64,000 nt of DNA from Schmidtea polychroa (taxonomy: Eukaryota), in NCBI GenBank assembly GCA_044892525.1, contig CM097885.1, forward strand, positions 78,244,001 to 78,308,000, written 5' to 3'. This document shows positions 63,447 through 64,000 of the stretch, piece after piece. The notes beneath the pieces were generated by a model. The model worked only from the letters and a program-made list of their open reading frames with translations, did not search any database and was not told the DNA's origin. The translations under genes were made by a program, and so were the position numbers. How positions within the stretch are numbered: the first letter of the stretch is position 1; each line of letters opens with the position of its first letter.

Positions 63447-64000
63447 ATATAAAATAATGGAATTTTTTTTTATTTTTAGTTCGATTTTTGCAACTGTTTG
63501 TCTATGAAACTGACACACACAGACAATTTTCTAATCTTTCATCACACAGGTTGCTTCGACACTGGTTTTTTATTATTTTCATTTGTGAAAATAGCTGTTC
63601 ACAAATATAAGTACTATCAAGTAGTCTCATAATTTGTTTTGCATTTATAGTAAGTATCGGGAACTTATTAACACTAAAACATTTTTCATAAAAATCAATT
63701 AATTTAGCATGCTGAAAATTATTTTTAAGTTCAGTGTTGCACTACAAATCGATAAGTTCCATTTGATATTTTTCTGGCACCTCATCAATATTCAAAATAA
63801 AAGATGAAGCAAACAGATCAAAATATATTTGATTCTTACGTTAACATTGAAATCGAGAACTGAATTCTTCTATTAAACTTTCTTTTTCTAACGTCGAAAA
63901 GTGGAACATGTTATTGCATTCTAAATAATTTTTAAATATTTTAAGCTTTTTTTCAAATATCTCATTAATAAATTTTTCTTTTCCTTTAAGCCTAATATTT

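Overview
AT-rich eukaryotic (probably animal) scaffold with six N-gaps, standard genetic code and short spliceosomal introns. No intact host gene is evident. The window is a dense, nested mosaic of mobile-element and viral remnants: Penelope-like RT/GIY-YIG with a minimal hammerhead ribozyme, several hAT and piggyBac relics, hAT-type MITEs with TSDs, an apparently intact IS630/Tc1-like transposase, a LINE relic, Polinton/adintovirus-like polB and capsid fragments, a CRESS-DNA-virus Rep, and related Ty3/Gypsy LTRs. One near-complete Gypsy element carries a membrane-protein ORF3 and a captured DEDDh exonuclease. Two things are not explained by families I recognise. (1) An unassigned coiled-coil ORF family (motif E[GA]TW[FL]xP, then RLEKxRD) occurs in at least 8 diverged copies; most start right after a splice-acceptor-like AG and four are followed by a conserved, covarying multi-hairpin element. 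(2) A chimeric minus-strand locus joins a GW182/TNRC6-like segment, a ubiquitin-like domain and a Gypsy-type aspartic protease. All family assignments are by eye from motifs; no database searches were run.
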